Shown in pieces: positions 25,101-40,100 of a stretch of DNA of 64,000 bases. The stretch covers positions 29,946,001 through 30,010,000 of the forward strand of contig NC_043006.1 of assembly GCF_006345805.1 (NCBI RefSeq), written 5' to 3'. The notes under the pieces are model-generated. The model saw only the letters and a list, made by a program, of their open reading frames with translations, did not search any database and was not told where the DNA came from. The first letter of the stretch is position 1. Each line of letters begins with the position of its first letter. The DNA is from Octopus sinensis (taxonomy: Eukaryota). A program made the translations under genes and the position numbers.

Positions 25101-28100
25101 TAAAAGACACTTGCTCAAAGTGCCATGCAATGGGACTGAACCTGAGACCACATGGTTAAGAAGCAAGCTCCATAACCACAACCATGCCTACACCAAATTA
25201 GACAAAAGTTTTACAAGTTAAAATATCATGCAAGAAAGCTACTAATCTTAAAGTTAATTTCTTGTTTCAAGAGACAATATTATAAATTGTATTCTTTTGC
25301 AATATGTGAGAAATGACATCATTGTATCCTACCTGCCGTTCACTGTATGATCGCTTCAACTTCTCCATTTTTGTAGTCATTCTTACACGAAAATGAATTT
25401 CTGTGTTATCCTATGAAAAAAAGAAAAAACAACAATTTATGAATGTATGGTGGTTTATGTATGCAACTATCATTCAGAATACAAAACTTTAAAATTATAT
25501 AAAGGGGAATCACACTGCAAGCAGCTGAGAGAGAGATAATTGAATTATAACAGAAAGCTCAGTTATACTATGTAAACAAAATACAACATACATTGTAAAG
25601 TAAGGCAAGAAGTATGTCAAAGCACCATACACCCACAGTTATAACAGGAACTACGTGTTCCAAAATAATATGGATGAATTAAAACACAATACACTCTAAA
25701 AACAGACTGAAGCATTCACTAGATGTCATGAGCCAAGGAGGGGTCTATATATATATATATATAACTTTATTAACAAGAAAGAAAGGAATCAATGTGGTGT
25801 TAGCAAAGCTTTGTTTACACAGAGAGATGAAAGCTTTTTAGTGGTTGAAGTAAGAAGTGATTCCCTAAAGACGCACTTTTATAGGGCTACAACTCAGAAT
25901 GCATGCTAGCAATATTTCACAGAATGTTTAAAAAATTTTTTTTTTAATTTATTTATAAAACTGAGCCAGAGGTCAGATGATCTATTACTGCTGGCCATAG
26001 TTTGATAGCCTTACCTAAAGAGTTGAATAGATGCTTAACAATTTTTAAGTATGTCTAGGTTAATGAAAACTGATTGTGCATATATTTAAACACAACTGTA
26101 TCCAACTGCAAACACTAAATAACAATATAGTTAACAATTATTACACATCATTAATGCAGATTGAGAGAGCAGAAGTTTCAGAGAAATTTTTTATCCATTG
26201 TGAATGAAACAACCACTATAAAACATTTTAAAATCTAAAATCAAAGACAAAACAATACAAAACTATCTACCATTCTTTCAGTTTTTTTTTTGTTTTTTTT
26301 TGTAATTTATAAAGCTTTGGTTCCAAAAATTCCGCACAGAAAACAAAGTTCAAAGTCTTAATTAACAGTAAAATTTCATTTGTTAATTACATCGATTTTA
26401 AATTATAGTTTATGTGGTCATTTGACTCATTATAGATAGTAACCAAATGGCCCTGTCGCCTGGCTAGAAAAGCCATGTTAGATAATATAGTCAAACCAAA
26501 AAAAAAAAAAGGCGAAACAGCCACAGCTGACCTGGGGTTGAACAACAATCTACAAAGATTTAATTAAGAGAAAAACTTCCCAAGTGATTTAAAAAGATAT
26601 AATATTGATATTGTGAACCTTTAAAATCCAAAATTGTAAGATAATTGACATGGAACAGCTTTGCTATTTATAAATAAGATCAGTAATTTCATGCCTAAAT
26701 AGGAGCAGCAAGATATGCTATTTCAAAAGTTGCAATTGATAAGAAATAACTATGACAAAAGATTTATTTATTTTAGGACAAGATGTGGCAGGGCAGAAAT
26801 ACCATTCCACAACCAGCTACATATTCATCTTCAAGGGACTCTTCATAGGGGTTTCACTTTTATCTAAGGTAAATGAATTTGAGGAGCTCAGAAAAAGAGA
26901 TAAACAGAAAACATTGTTAAACAATGAGGCTCAAAAGTTAAGAAAAAACTGAGTAAAGTGTTCTCCATATTAAAAACAACACACAGTAGGGCTTCACATA
27001 TATAATATTGGGAGTTAAAAAGCCTAGATCAAGGGATTAGCTAATTAATTTTGTAGCCTAAGTTTCCTTCTAGAAGTGTTTAAAATCTAAAAACAAGTAA
27101 TACAAATAAATGCAACAAGATCAGCTGATCAAAAATTTTGGACATTTATAGACTATGTAGAGTGGAGTGAGTTTAGTCTTAAAAACCAAATGCTAAAAGC
27201 AACAGACATTTCAGTTTTATAGCACCTCCTTAGTGATGTCCTCAATAGGATCTCATATATAATATGGGCAATTGAAAAACCTTGGTGTTTGCACTCAAGG
27301 TATTTGCCTTCAACTAGGTTACTGGTATACATAATTAATATCAACACATTACTCTTCTCTCTCTCTCAAACATATCATTTAACATTCACTTTTCCATGTT
27401 TGCATGGGTCAGATGAATTTATTAAGGCAGATTTTCTAGTCAGATGCCCTTCCTGTCATCCACCTTCACCTGTTTCCAAGAAAGGTAATATTTCCCCCAT
27501 GGCGACACAACTTTCATGCAAAGTCAAGACAAAGAGACAGTAACACACATTCATCCCCACCCTTATATAACAATTTTACATCTTAATTACAATACATACT
27601 AATCACTTTATAGTAAATTAGCTATGATTTGGCTCTACTTCATCATCATTTAATGTCCTCCTTCCATGCTGGCATGGGTTGGATGGTTTAACAGGAGCTG
27701 GCTGAGCAGAAGCGTGCACCATACTTCCGTGTCTGTTTTGGCAGGGCTTTTATGGTTGGATGCCCTTCCTAACACCAACTACCCAACAGAGTGGCACCAG
27801 CACAGGTGAGGTCAGTTTTAGCATAGTTTTTTTACAGCTGGATGCCCTTCCAAATGTCAACCACTTTTCAGTGTGGACTGGGTGCTTTTTATGTGGCACC
27901 AACACTGGCAGGGTCACCAAGTAACTTTGCAAGACAAGGAATCTTGCAAGATAAGTGATCTATGCCACTGAATCGAGAGTTTTGGCATTATATTATCAAA
28001 AAATACAGCCTTAACTCAATTATTAAAGTCTATCTTTAACCCTTTAGCATTTAAACCGGCCATATCCGGCCAAAAATATTCTACCTGTTTTATGTTCAAA

Positions 28101-31100
28101 CTGACCAGATCTGGTCTCTCACACCAACCCTACAATATCATCTTAAAAATTAACAGCTACCTCATCAAAATCTCATAGCTACAAGATAAGGCATGATTAG
28201 TTTAAAAGAATGTGGATAAAAAAGCATTAATTTTGGCAGAATAATGAGAACACTAAAGGGTTAATGTCTCACTAGAAATAGCAGCCAAAACTTTCCTTTA
28301 CTGGGGAAAGGAGCCGTTTACACATGATTTTGATGTCACATTCATTTGAAAGTATGCAAAATAACTGGGAAAAGAAAAATAAACCTGCAAAACAAACTCC
28401 ATTGGCGGGAAACTATGAGGTCCCCACCACCCCTCTCCCCTTTCTTTTCTGGAAGAAAGTGGCTTGCAGCGGGTTGGGAGGTGGGAGACACTGAATGCAC
28501 TCAAAAAAACCTGTAGAAAAAATTATTTCACAATAGAGTATAAATAGGTCCTTTACAAAATATACCCAAGATCAGGAGAGGCATGCGAATAGAAAGATCA
28601 ATGAGACTGATAAAGCAAGGGCTGAGCATCTGGCAGAACAGAAGGAGAGAGATCAGGAATCGGACACTCGGTGAGCTGAGTGTCTGGTGAAACAGAGGGA
28701 AAGAGACAAAAGCAGGAGACATCATGAATCAGATGCTCATGTGAATACAAACGGAATGAAACAAATCTCACATAAATTGGACCATGGGTTACCAAGATAC
28801 GTGGGTTTTTTCAGGTACCTTTATAAATAACCAAATCAGCATATAATGGGGGAAATGCTTTGAAAGTAAGATACCATTAAAATGTGAATACAAAGTTTCA
28901 CGTAAATCAGACCACGGATTCACGAGATACGCAGCTTTTTCAGGTACCTTGAACTATTCGTGACCCAATGGGTGACAAGTAGTCTAGTATTCAATAAATC
29001 TTTCCACAAAAGAAATATTCCTCTAACCTCTTTACATTTTATGACATAATTTTTAAATCCTTTTAGCTACTGTCTAAAATATTTAGCAAGTTAGGAGGCT
29101 ATGAAATGGGTCAAAAGAAATGCAGGGAATCAAATCAAAGTTGAAAAGAACTAAAATGTCTTTTCATTTATTCTTTTATTTGTTACTCAGGGCAACTAAT
29201 TACATTTCTAGTTCTGCCTTTGAGAGTGCAATTCTGAGGATACTTGATAAGTCAAAAAGTAATAAAATTACTTTAAAAATTATATTAGAGCCTAATGAAA
29301 CAAGCAAAATTTATTTCCATTGATCTTATTATGCTTCAATCTCAAAGAAGTTAGCAGTGACCTCTCCTCCTCCTTCTTGGTAACTTTTAACTTATAACTA
29401 AAAGAAAACCAGTGTAGATTACCCTCAAATGTACAAATGAGATCAAAAGATTACATTAATCTTAGAAATGGCTCTTCTGTTTCACGGATATGTAACTTCT
29501 CTCTCAGAGAACCTAACAAGAGCTACTTTGCTGTCCCACTATCTAGATGTATGAAGATTGTATAAGCCAGCATTGTGCCTCCTTAACCCCTCAATGTTGT
29601 TAGGTTTCATAACCCCCGAAGCACAAATACCTTGACATTTTTAGACCCATGTTGAACATCCTTGTCTGATTTTTCCTATCAACTGGGATGTGCAATGCCA
29701 GGATCCAATTGTGCTTTGGCAAGGTTTCTACAGCTAGACGCCTTTCCTAATGCCAACCACAGTACAGAGTGTACCAGGCGCTTTTTATGTACAACCATGG
29801 CACATCATGTATATATTTATATGCTTGTTGTAGTTAATCTCTCAAAAACCCAAGAAGTTCAGTACAGAATAGTAAATTTAGAAATTGCTTGAATTTCCAA
29901 ATAAAGAAATGAAGTTGATTGCAACAGAAACATGCTGATGTCCATGTTAAAGAAACCTTAGCATTTTATAGACAGCAGCAGCCCACCAAATCACAAAGTT
30001 AAAAATAACTATCATGCTATTTGAATATTAAAAGAAATGGAGAATTTCTCTATCAATTATTATTAATGATTATCATCTTGAATTGTTTAAGATTCAATGG
30101 CCACCTTATGAAGCAAATCCCAATCAAATATGGTCTTCATTTGCCATCAGCATTTTAACATGTTCTGTGCTACCAATTATCTCTCAATCCTTTTGTCACA
30201 CATCCCACATTCTCACCATCATCCCTTACCACTTAATTTTCCATTGAGCACTCTTTTCTCTTGAACCACCACTCATATCTGCCATCAACCTCTCCACAAA
30301 TTTGTTATTCGCTATATCCATCCCTACATACCTCTGACCTCCATCCCTTTCTCCCCCAACACTTCACATCATCTCCCTATTTCTGATCTACCTACACTTT
30401 TATTAGACTGCTACTCTCCATCTCCCCACTTTTATGAATTGTCCTTCCTCACTGACCCACACCTATTTCCTCCACCCACCCCCCATACTGATATTCACCA
30501 CTGACAACACTTCCACCTCCATTCACCATCTGTCACTCTCTAGTCAATTTACCCAACCCTCTGCTCTACTCTCTCTTTTATTCCCCTTTTTGTACCTTGA
30601 GAATATACCGACACCCCATCACCACCATTATTTTCTCTCATTCCAGGTGAGGTAGCCATGTTCCTGTACCTGCATCATACTTTAGCTGCTCTAACATCTG
30701 TTATGAAACCACCTTTTTCAATACTACATCCCTATTCACCCAAAGAGGTCTGGCCTTGTGAAATACTTAGCAACCTCATTAGTGCTGGTGCTATGAAAAA
30801 TGCACCTAATACACTCCGTAAAGTGACCGGCATCAGGAAAGGCAGTCAGCTGTGGAATAGATACTGGAACTCAATGAAGTTCACTGGCTCATCTGATGTC
30901 AAACGATAATATATATCTGCGCCGTGAGGACCAAAGACTGGAGGTGTTTTGTGTTGCAAGACAGTGTTTGAGAGAGAATCGTGATGTGGTAGGAGAGAAG
31001 TGTGTTCGCATGGAAGATGGTTCACTTGCGCTAAATGAGGATGCGAAGAGAGAGGTTTGGAGATGCCACTATGAAAGGTTGCTGAATGAAGAAAATGAAT

Positions 31101-34100
31101 GGGATAAAGAGAGTCTGCCGAATGTTGACCCAACAGAGGGACCAGCTATCCGAGTTGATAGTTCTGTGGTAGCTAAGGCAATTAGAAGCATGAAGACAGG
31201 GAAAGCCCCAGGCCCATCAGGAATCACTGCAGAGATGCTCAAAATGTCTGGTAGTGTCGGCTATAGCCTAGTCACCCATATAGTTAATCAGGTGATACAC
31301 AAAGGGGTCATACCCAATGACTGGTGTAGCAGTATAATAGTCAACTGCTACAAAGGTAAAGGTGATGCCCTAGATACAAATAACTACAGAGGTATCAAGC
31401 TGTTGGACCAGGTGATGAAGGTTACGGAGAGGGTCATAGCCCAACTAATTAGAGAGAGAGTTAGTTTAGATGAGATGCAATTTGGGTTTGTGCCAGGGAA
31501 AAGTACTACTGATGCTATATTCCTGGTAAGGCAGCTGCAGGAGAAATACCTAGCCAAAGATAAGCCCCTGTACCTGGCTTTTGTTGACATGGAGAAAGCC
31601 TTCGACAGGGTCCCCCGATCCCTTATCTGGTGGGCAATGAGAAAACTAGGGATAGATGAATGGTTAGTGAGAGCTGTGCGGGCCATGTATAGGGACGCCG
31701 CTAGTAGGGTGAGGGTTGGAAATGAGTACAGTGAAGAATTCCGGGTAGAGGTAGGGGTCCACCAAGGCTCAGTACTCAGCCCCCTCCTATTTATCATAGT
31801 CCTCCAGGCAATAACGGAGGAATTCAAGACAGGATGCCCTTGGGAGCTCCTCTATGCTGATGACCTTGCTCTAATTGCTGAGTCGCTATCAGAACTGGAG
31901 GAGAAGTTTCAGGTGTGGAAACAAGGATTAGAATCGAAGGGCCTCAGAGTCAATCTAGCTAAAACCAAAGTCGTAATCAGTAGGAAGGTAGACAAATCAC
32001 AAACACCTTCAGGTAGATGGCCCTGCTCGATCTGTAGAAAAGGTGTAGGTAGAAACTCTATAAGATGCACCAAGTGTAAGCTATGGACACATAAGAGATG
32101 CAGCAATGTCAAAGGAAGGCTAACTAGGAAGATGGTTTTTGTATGTGGCAGATGCTCAGGAACAATAAACACTGAAAATGCTCTGAGACCAACTTCCGTC
32201 ACTTTCCAGGGAGAAAAACTAGAAATAGTTGATAGTTTCCGTTACCTAGGTGACCAAGTCAGCAGCGGGGGTGGGTGTGCTGAAAGTGTAACTGCTAGAG
32301 TAAGAATAGCTTGGGCAAAGTTCAGAGAGCTCTTACCTCTGCTGGTGACAAAAGGCCTCTCGCACAGAGTGAAAGGCAGACTGTATGATGCGTGTGTACG
32401 AACAGCCATGCTACATGGCAGTGAAACATGGGCCGTGACTGCTGAGGATATGCGTAAGCTCGCTAGAAATGAAGCCAGTATGCTCCGATGGATGTGTAAT
32501 GCCGGTACTCACACTCGGCAGAGTGTAAGTACCTTGAGAGAAAAGCTGGACCTAAGAAGCATCAGTTGTGGTGTGCAAGAGAGACGTTTGCGCTGGTATG
32601 GTCATGTGGCGAGAATGGATGAAGATAGTTGTGTGAAAAAGTGCCACACCCTAGCGGTTGAGGGAACCTGTGGAAGAGGCAGACCCAGGAAAACCTGGGA
32701 CGAGGTGGTGAAGCACGACCTTCGAACTTTAGGTCTCACTGAGGAAATGACTAGAGACCGAGACCTCTGGAAGTGTGCTGTGCGCGAGAAGACCCGGCAG
32801 GACAAGTGAGTCCACAACCCGTGGCCTTCTACATGGGATGGAGCCAGCCTACGTATGCATACCTTCCCTTCTTGGGACACAAAACTCTACTTGTGAAGAC
32901 GTGTTGAGGCAAGTGAGGATCAGAATCGAAATCGATCAATGGAAATTGCGGATGTGCTACCAGTGCCGGTGGCATGTCGAAACTCTGCTTGTGAAGACCC
33001 ATTGAGGCAAGTGAGGATCAGAATCGAAATCGATCAATGGAAATCGATCAATGGAAATTGCAGATGTGTTACCAGTGCCGGTGGCATGTAAGAGAACTTT
33101 CCGTTTCGCGACCGTTGCCAGCACCGCCCCGTTTCGTGTCCGTTGCCAGCCTCGCCTGGCCCTCGTGCCGGTGGCACATAAAAAGCACCATCCATTCGTG
33201 GCCGTTTGCCAGCTCTGTCTGGCACCAGTGCGGGTGGCACGTAAAAAGCACCCACTACACTCACGGAGTGATTGGCGTTAGGAAGGGCATCCAGCCGTAG
33301 AAACACTGCCAGATTTGACTGGGCCTGATGAAGCCTTCTGGCTTCACAGACCCCAGTAGAACCATCCAACCCATGCTAGCATGGAAAACGGACGCTAAAT
33401 GATGATGATGATGATGATGATGATATATATATATATATATTGTTATTTAAGCCTGGGTTATAAAAAATATAAAATCAAACCTTTGAACCTTCCTTAAGTA
33501 TGCCAAAGCTGCCACCTCTGTGTGTTGCAAGATAGGGCCACTCCTCCAAAACGATGGTTCCCTCACAGGAAACCCAATGAGGATAAGTGAAACACTGAAT
33601 GAAATATTCAAATGTATCTTCACCCAACTCTAATAGAACATGCAAGCCAGCAAACCTGTAGAAATTTTTACCACTACATATGTAATCAGAGAGGCAGCAT
33701 TAATTGATTACATCAACATCAAAGATTTTGGCTTTGGATGATATAAACACAAACTCAACTGCTTGCCCCAATGAATTCCCAACAATTAATCTCAAATATG
33801 CAAACAAGCCCTTGCAGAATCACTGCAGCTTCTTTTTCAGGGCTTCCTTGCAAGTGGTAAGCTCTTAGGCAAACTGAAGGAAGGAATAATATGCCCTATT
33901 AAAAAAAGGAGGAAGCAGAGCTGATGCTAAAAACTATAGGTCTGTCTCTCTGACTTCACACATTTGCAAAGTCATGAAACTAATTGCATTCCTTGAAGAG
34001 AATGACTTGCTAACCGACACCCAGCATGACTTTCAATGAAGTAGAAACTGCCTGAAACAGCTCTTGCAGCATTACAACTGGGTGTTAAAGCAGCTGCTTA

Positions 34101-37100
34101 ACAACTCAAGTGTGAACAGGATATATCTCAACTTCACAAAAGCCTTTGACAAAATCAACCACAGTATATGTTACAAGATGTGTAATCTTGGTATAGTTGG
34201 AAAATTTGGAAAATGGCCATATGACTTTCTAAAAGATAGAAGTCAGGTAGTGGTGACCATCAAGGCTACCTCTAAAGAAATGCAAATAATGAGTGGTGTC
34301 CCACAGGACAATATCTTGGGGGCCATTGCTATTCATTATGGCCCTCTCAGACATGCCCTCAGCTGCTTAGATAGCCACCCTTGCTAGCAATGCAGATGAT
34401 ACAAAAGTCTCTCATAAGATAACTGGAGTGGTTGCAACATACAGATGGGCTGAGGAAAATAACATGCAGTTTAATGCTGGAAAATTTCAAGTTCTGTGCT
34501 ACCACATACAGAGCTGAATGAAAAGCAGACAGGATACACTGGCCAAGGAGGGACTGCAATCTCTGAATCAAAATCAGTACGTGACATGGACATGAGTAAT
34601 GATGCATCTTTCCAGGTACAGAGTACTAAGCTCGGCAATAAAATGCAGATGGCTGGCTGAATGGATTCTTATAACTTTCAGAACAAGAGTACAAGAAACC
34701 ACGATGGTCCTCTAGAGGACCTTCAGCCATTTATATTACTGCTCCCAACTACAGACACCACACAGTGTAAAATTAACAACAGAATTCAAAACAATCCAGC
34801 GAAGCTACACAAAGATCATCTCAATGCGACATGTCAGCTACTGGGAGAGACTGAAAAAATTAAGACTCTACTCCCTAGAACAAAGGTGGGAAAAATACGC
34901 AGCGATATACAACTGGAAAATTCTACAAGAACTTATACCTAACTTTGGAATTGAAAATTACACAAACAGCACAATGGGGTGCCACTGCATAGTAGCAAAA
35001 ACCCCAGCATTGCTATCAGGATACAGAAGCAGATACTGTAACAGCTTGGGTTTTATCAGCTCTTCAATATCCTACCACAAGGCCTGAGAAACCTGCATGA
35101 AATGGTTGGGGGGCATCTTCAAAACAAAACTGGATCTCCTCCTGTCTAGAGTTCTGAATGAACCTACCTCACAGCAAGAAATGCAGATGAGAGCAGCAAC
35201 ATCAAACTCCCTCATTCACCAAATGCCATATATTACAGAAGGTTTAACGAAAGTGTAGCAAAGCTAATGGTGGCACCCCAGCATGGCCACAGCTCTCAAG
35301 CTGAAACTAGTAAAGATATATATATATATATATATATTTTACACACACAACCTTCTTTTCAGTTTACACCTACCGAATTCACTCACAAGGTTTTGGTCAA
35401 CCTCTGGCTATAGAAGACACTTGCCCAAAGTGCTGCACAGCAAGACTGAACCCAAAATCACACAGCTATACCTGTACCTATAACCACGCCCATATAACAA
35501 GGAAAGCATTCAAACTTGTCAAAAAAGCCACAAAATGATTTCTAACAACCTACAGAATGCAAAAATAAAATAATAATCAGCAGCATTGAGAGCTACAAGT
35601 GGGTTTGGTTAAGTGCTTAAAAAGAATTATTCAGTTTTAGGAGTGGCACAAGCTAACACACCTATGACATTTAATATTCAATCATAGACAACATATATTC
35701 ATAATAAATCACACATCATATTTTACATAATTTCAAGTTCGTAGGTGGTGATATAGAATTCTCAAGCAACATGGCAGAAATTACAATACTTTCTATAAAG
35801 ATAAATAGCTTTTATAGCAACAAAAAGAGAACTTGCTGGCCAATGAAAGAGCCTCTGCAACAGATAGGCAAATCACATCCTTTTACAATAAAGATACAAT
35901 GAACACCAATACAGACCCTAATATAAAAAAAGATGGGCTGATAAAAGCCCTTTATCAACCAAAGATGACCTGGACAATTATTATCATCAGTTCAAGCTTG
36001 CCCAGATTTTCCCAACTCAATCATACCATCCATCAAAACCACACAAAGCACTTGGTAGGGCAGCAGGGCAACGTCTCATGTTGCATAAAGCTGGGCAATA
36101 TAACTGTTTATAAGAGCACCCATTATACTCTCAGAGTGGTTGGCATTAGGAGGGTCATCCAGCTGTAAAAACCATGCCAAATCAGACTGGAACCTGGTGC
36201 AACCATCCAGCTTACCAGTTCCAGTCAAGCCATCTAACCCATGCCAGCATGGAAAGCAGATGTATGATGATGATGACAGCTGACCTAAGTATATCTATGT
36301 CAAGTTCCCTCCAGCAAGGTCCCACATTATCATCATTGTTTAACATCATGTTCCATGCAGAAAGGGGTTGAATGGTTTGAGAGGATCCAACTAGCCTTAG
36401 GGCTGTCTTGGTCTCTAATGCCTGCTTTAACAAGGTTTCTATGGCTGAATGCTTTTCCTAATGCCATCTAGGCTATAAAAAGCAACAAAAGTAGATCTTA
36501 GGGTCATTACAAATTCTAAACAATTTACTATTGATACTGATTATCACAAGAAGCAACCAGTTTTTATATGAAAAAAAAATGCACTGATTAGCCTCATATC
36601 TACTGTTGATGACATTTTGACAAACAAGCTGAAAGCTTCTTCACCAAGGGGATCCAAGAAATGTGTGGCCCACAAGGAGGACTCCATACATATAAGGAAT
36701 AAATTCACATTAAAGAATGGAACGTACAATTTCCTGTAAATCAAACTGCTTCATGGTCCCAGCAGACAAAATGGAAAAGGTGTTGCCCCAGAGGATGGCA
36801 ATGGAAATGCACTGAAACAGCCACTCTGACACACCACTGTACTTGTTTTTATATTCAGCTTATCCTTTTCGATTTATAAACTAAACACAACCAGCATAAA
36901 ATTTAAGTTCTGGTGATACAGAACAAAAACAAAAAAAGAAAAGAAGAAATGGTCTTTGATTACAATACATTCAGTCATTTTCAGTAAAACCTCCTGTTCT
37001 GTAATAATTACCAATTCATTCTACAAAAACAACTATTAAAAGAATAGCAAAGTAGGCAATAATATTCTAACTTAATATTCAATGTGCTTCAAGTATTGAG

Positions 37101-40100
37101 TATACATGATGGGTTTTTTTGACTTTCTGTTCACTGAAACCACTCACAAGGATTTAGTCAACCTGGGACTGTAATAGAAGACAACCGAGATGGCACACAA
37201 TGGAAGTGAACCAGAAACTATGTTGTTTGGAAGTGAATAATTAAGAATTTAGCTTCACAAGCACAAAGTAGCCTGGGTTTAATCCCACTCAGTGGTTTTA
37301 TGGTCATGTTTTTTACAATAACCTCGTGTTGAGGAAAACAATGGAAGCCTGTTGGCTGGATTGAGCCAAGAATTCAAAGCTCAGTTTTGTCAGACAGTCA
37401 AACTGAGCAACGATTATATTAAGGGTACAGTTTGTCTGTGGAACAGTCAACCAATGATATAGAATCATTGGTTGACAAATTATGAACAAGATCCCACCTC
37501 AGTTAAACCAACAAGACAAAAGCTATATTGATTACCAATAGTTATCTTTTATTTATTTCAGTCATTAGACTGTGGCCATGCTGGAACACCACCTTGAAGG
37601 ATCTTTAGTTGAATGAATCAACCCCAGTACTTATTGTTTTAAGTCTGGAACTTATTCTATCAGTCTCTTTTGCCAAACTGCTAGGTCCTTGTGTGCATGT
37701 GATGGGCTTCTTTCACTTTCTGTCTACCAACTCTACTCACAAGAATTTGGTTGGCTCAAGGCTAAAGATCACTTGCCCAAAGTGTCATACAGTGGGACTG
37801 AATCCAGAACCATGTGGTTGAGAAGCAAACTTCTTCCCACACAATGCTGTAATTAAAGAAAACCGAATCAAGCACCTGCACCAACCACTTATAACCAATC
37901 CTTCATCTCCACCCCCTCCATCCCTCCCTGTTCTCTGCGAGCTTTCACTTACAATAGTTTAAACAGAATAGTGCTCCAGGCAATAACAGAGGAATTTAAG
38001 ACAGGCAGCCCCTGGGAGTTCCTCTATGCTGATGACATTGTTCTCATAGCCAAATCACTTCCAGAACTAGAGAAGAAATTTCAGGTGTGTAAGCAAGGTC
38101 TAGAATAAAAGGGCCTTAGAGTTAATCTAGCAAAAACCAAAGTTTTAGTGAGTAGGAAAGCAGACAAATCACAAATCCCTTCAGGTAGATGGCCCTGCTC
38201 AATCTGTAAGAAAAGTGTAGGTAGAAATTCCATAAGATATACCCAGTATAAGCTATGGACACATAAGAGGTGCAACAATATCAGAGGAAGCTTAACAGGG
38301 AAAATAGTTTTTGTGTGTGGAAGGTGCACTGGGACGATTAAGACTAAAGATGTACAAAAAATAGACTCCATCAAATGCCATGAGGAAAAACTAAAGGTAG
38401 CTGATAGCTTCCGTTATCTAGGTGACCAAGTTAGTAGTGGAGGTGGAGGCTCTGAGAGTGTAGCTGCTAGAATAAGAATAGGCTGGGCAAAGTTCAATGA
38501 GTTCCTAGTTCTGTTGGTAACAAAGGGCCTCTCTCTCAGAGTGAAAGGCAGGCTGTATGAACAGCTACACTACACGGCAGTGAAACAAGACCTGTGGAAG
38601 AGGTAGACCCAGGAGGACATGGGATGAGGTGGTGAAGCATGATCTTCAAATGTTGGGCCTCACAGAAGCAATGACAAGTGACTGAGACCTTTGGCAATAT
38701 GCTGTGCTTGAGAAGACCCATCAAGCGAAGTGAGATCATAGTCATGGCACATAAAAATCACCCTTCAAACGTTGGGCAATATGCTGTGCTTGAGAAAACC
38801 AGTCAAGCCAAGTGAAATTGTAGCTATGGCCAATACCAGTGCCAGTCGACTGGCATCTGTGCCAGTGGCACACAAAAAGCACCATGTGAGCACATGGCCA
38901 ATGCCGGTATCATGTCAAAAGCACTCACTACACTCTTGGAGTGGTTGGTGTTAGGAAAGGCATCCAGTAACAAAAACCATGCCAAACCTAGTGTAGCTCA
39001 CCAGTTTTCAGTCAAACCATCCAACCCATGCCAGCATGGGAAGCAGACGTTAAATGATGATGATGATGATTAATAGCATCAATGTCACCAGGCTTACAAT
39101 TTATGTAAATCTGCCATAGTCTAAACTTGTGGCCTATTTAGAAACACCAAAGTCCAAGTTTTTGAAGCAAACTTTGGAAGATTTCAGAAAAATGCTCAAT
39201 AGATGTTAACTTTTCAGTGAAACATTAAATATGAAAGTAACAACACTTAGGGCTGACCTCCACTCCCTTATTTCCACTTTTTCGGGGCATGGGGGTGATG
39301 TAGACAAGAAAGTTATAATAATTTTGCATTTATATACTTTAACCCTTTAGTATCCCTATTATTCTGTCAAATGCTGGTTTATCTCCATTGTTTGAATCAA
39401 TCATGCATTATCTCATAGCATTGAGATTTTGATGATGTGGTTACTTGTTTTTAGAATGACATTGCAGAGTAAGCATGAGAGGCCAGTAAAGCCAATTTGA
39501 ACACAGAATATCTGGGCCATGTATGGCCAGTTTAAAAGCTAAAGAGCTGAAGGTAATGAGAAATCCTAAAACATTAAAGAGAAACATTTTCAGTAAATGT
39601 CAAACCAGCAACAAAACAATTTGATGAAAATAAGGTTGTTAATTCAGAGAATAGAGAAATCTATAAAAAACTATTATTTTTGAAGGAGCTTGCAAAGACC
39701 TGCTAAGGCAAGTGAAATCCCCATTCAAGTGTGATCGTTACCTGCATCGCCTTACTGGCACGTGAAAAAATATTTGAGCGAGGTCGTTACCAGTGCTGCC
39801 GGACTGGCTCCTGTGCAGGTAGCACATAAAAAGCACCATTTGAGTGTGGCCATTGCCAGTACTGACTGACTGGCCCTCGTGCCCATGGCATGTAAAAGCA
39901 CCCACTACACTCTCAGAGTGGCTGGTGTTAGGAAGGGCATCTAGCTGTAGAAACTCTGCCAGATCAGATTGGAGTCTGGTGTAGCCATCTGGTTCGCCAG
40001 ACCGCAGTCAAATCGTTCCACCCATGCTAGCATGGAAAGCGGATGTTAAACAATGATGATGATTACTTGCCAATGTAAACATTTTAAATTCTGAGAACTG

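Noticed and set aside
31384-32880. Minus-strand ORFs of 92-147 aa
   Set aside because: Antisense shadows of the RTE ORF; the same holds for 38081-38374, 47495-47743 and 55166-55956.
36870-36950. Very strong gene-strand acceptor (long U tract, CAG at 36912-36910) in SUMO intron 2
   Set aside because: In-frame stop after 11 codons and no convincing partner donor; cannot be distinguished from a pseudo-site.
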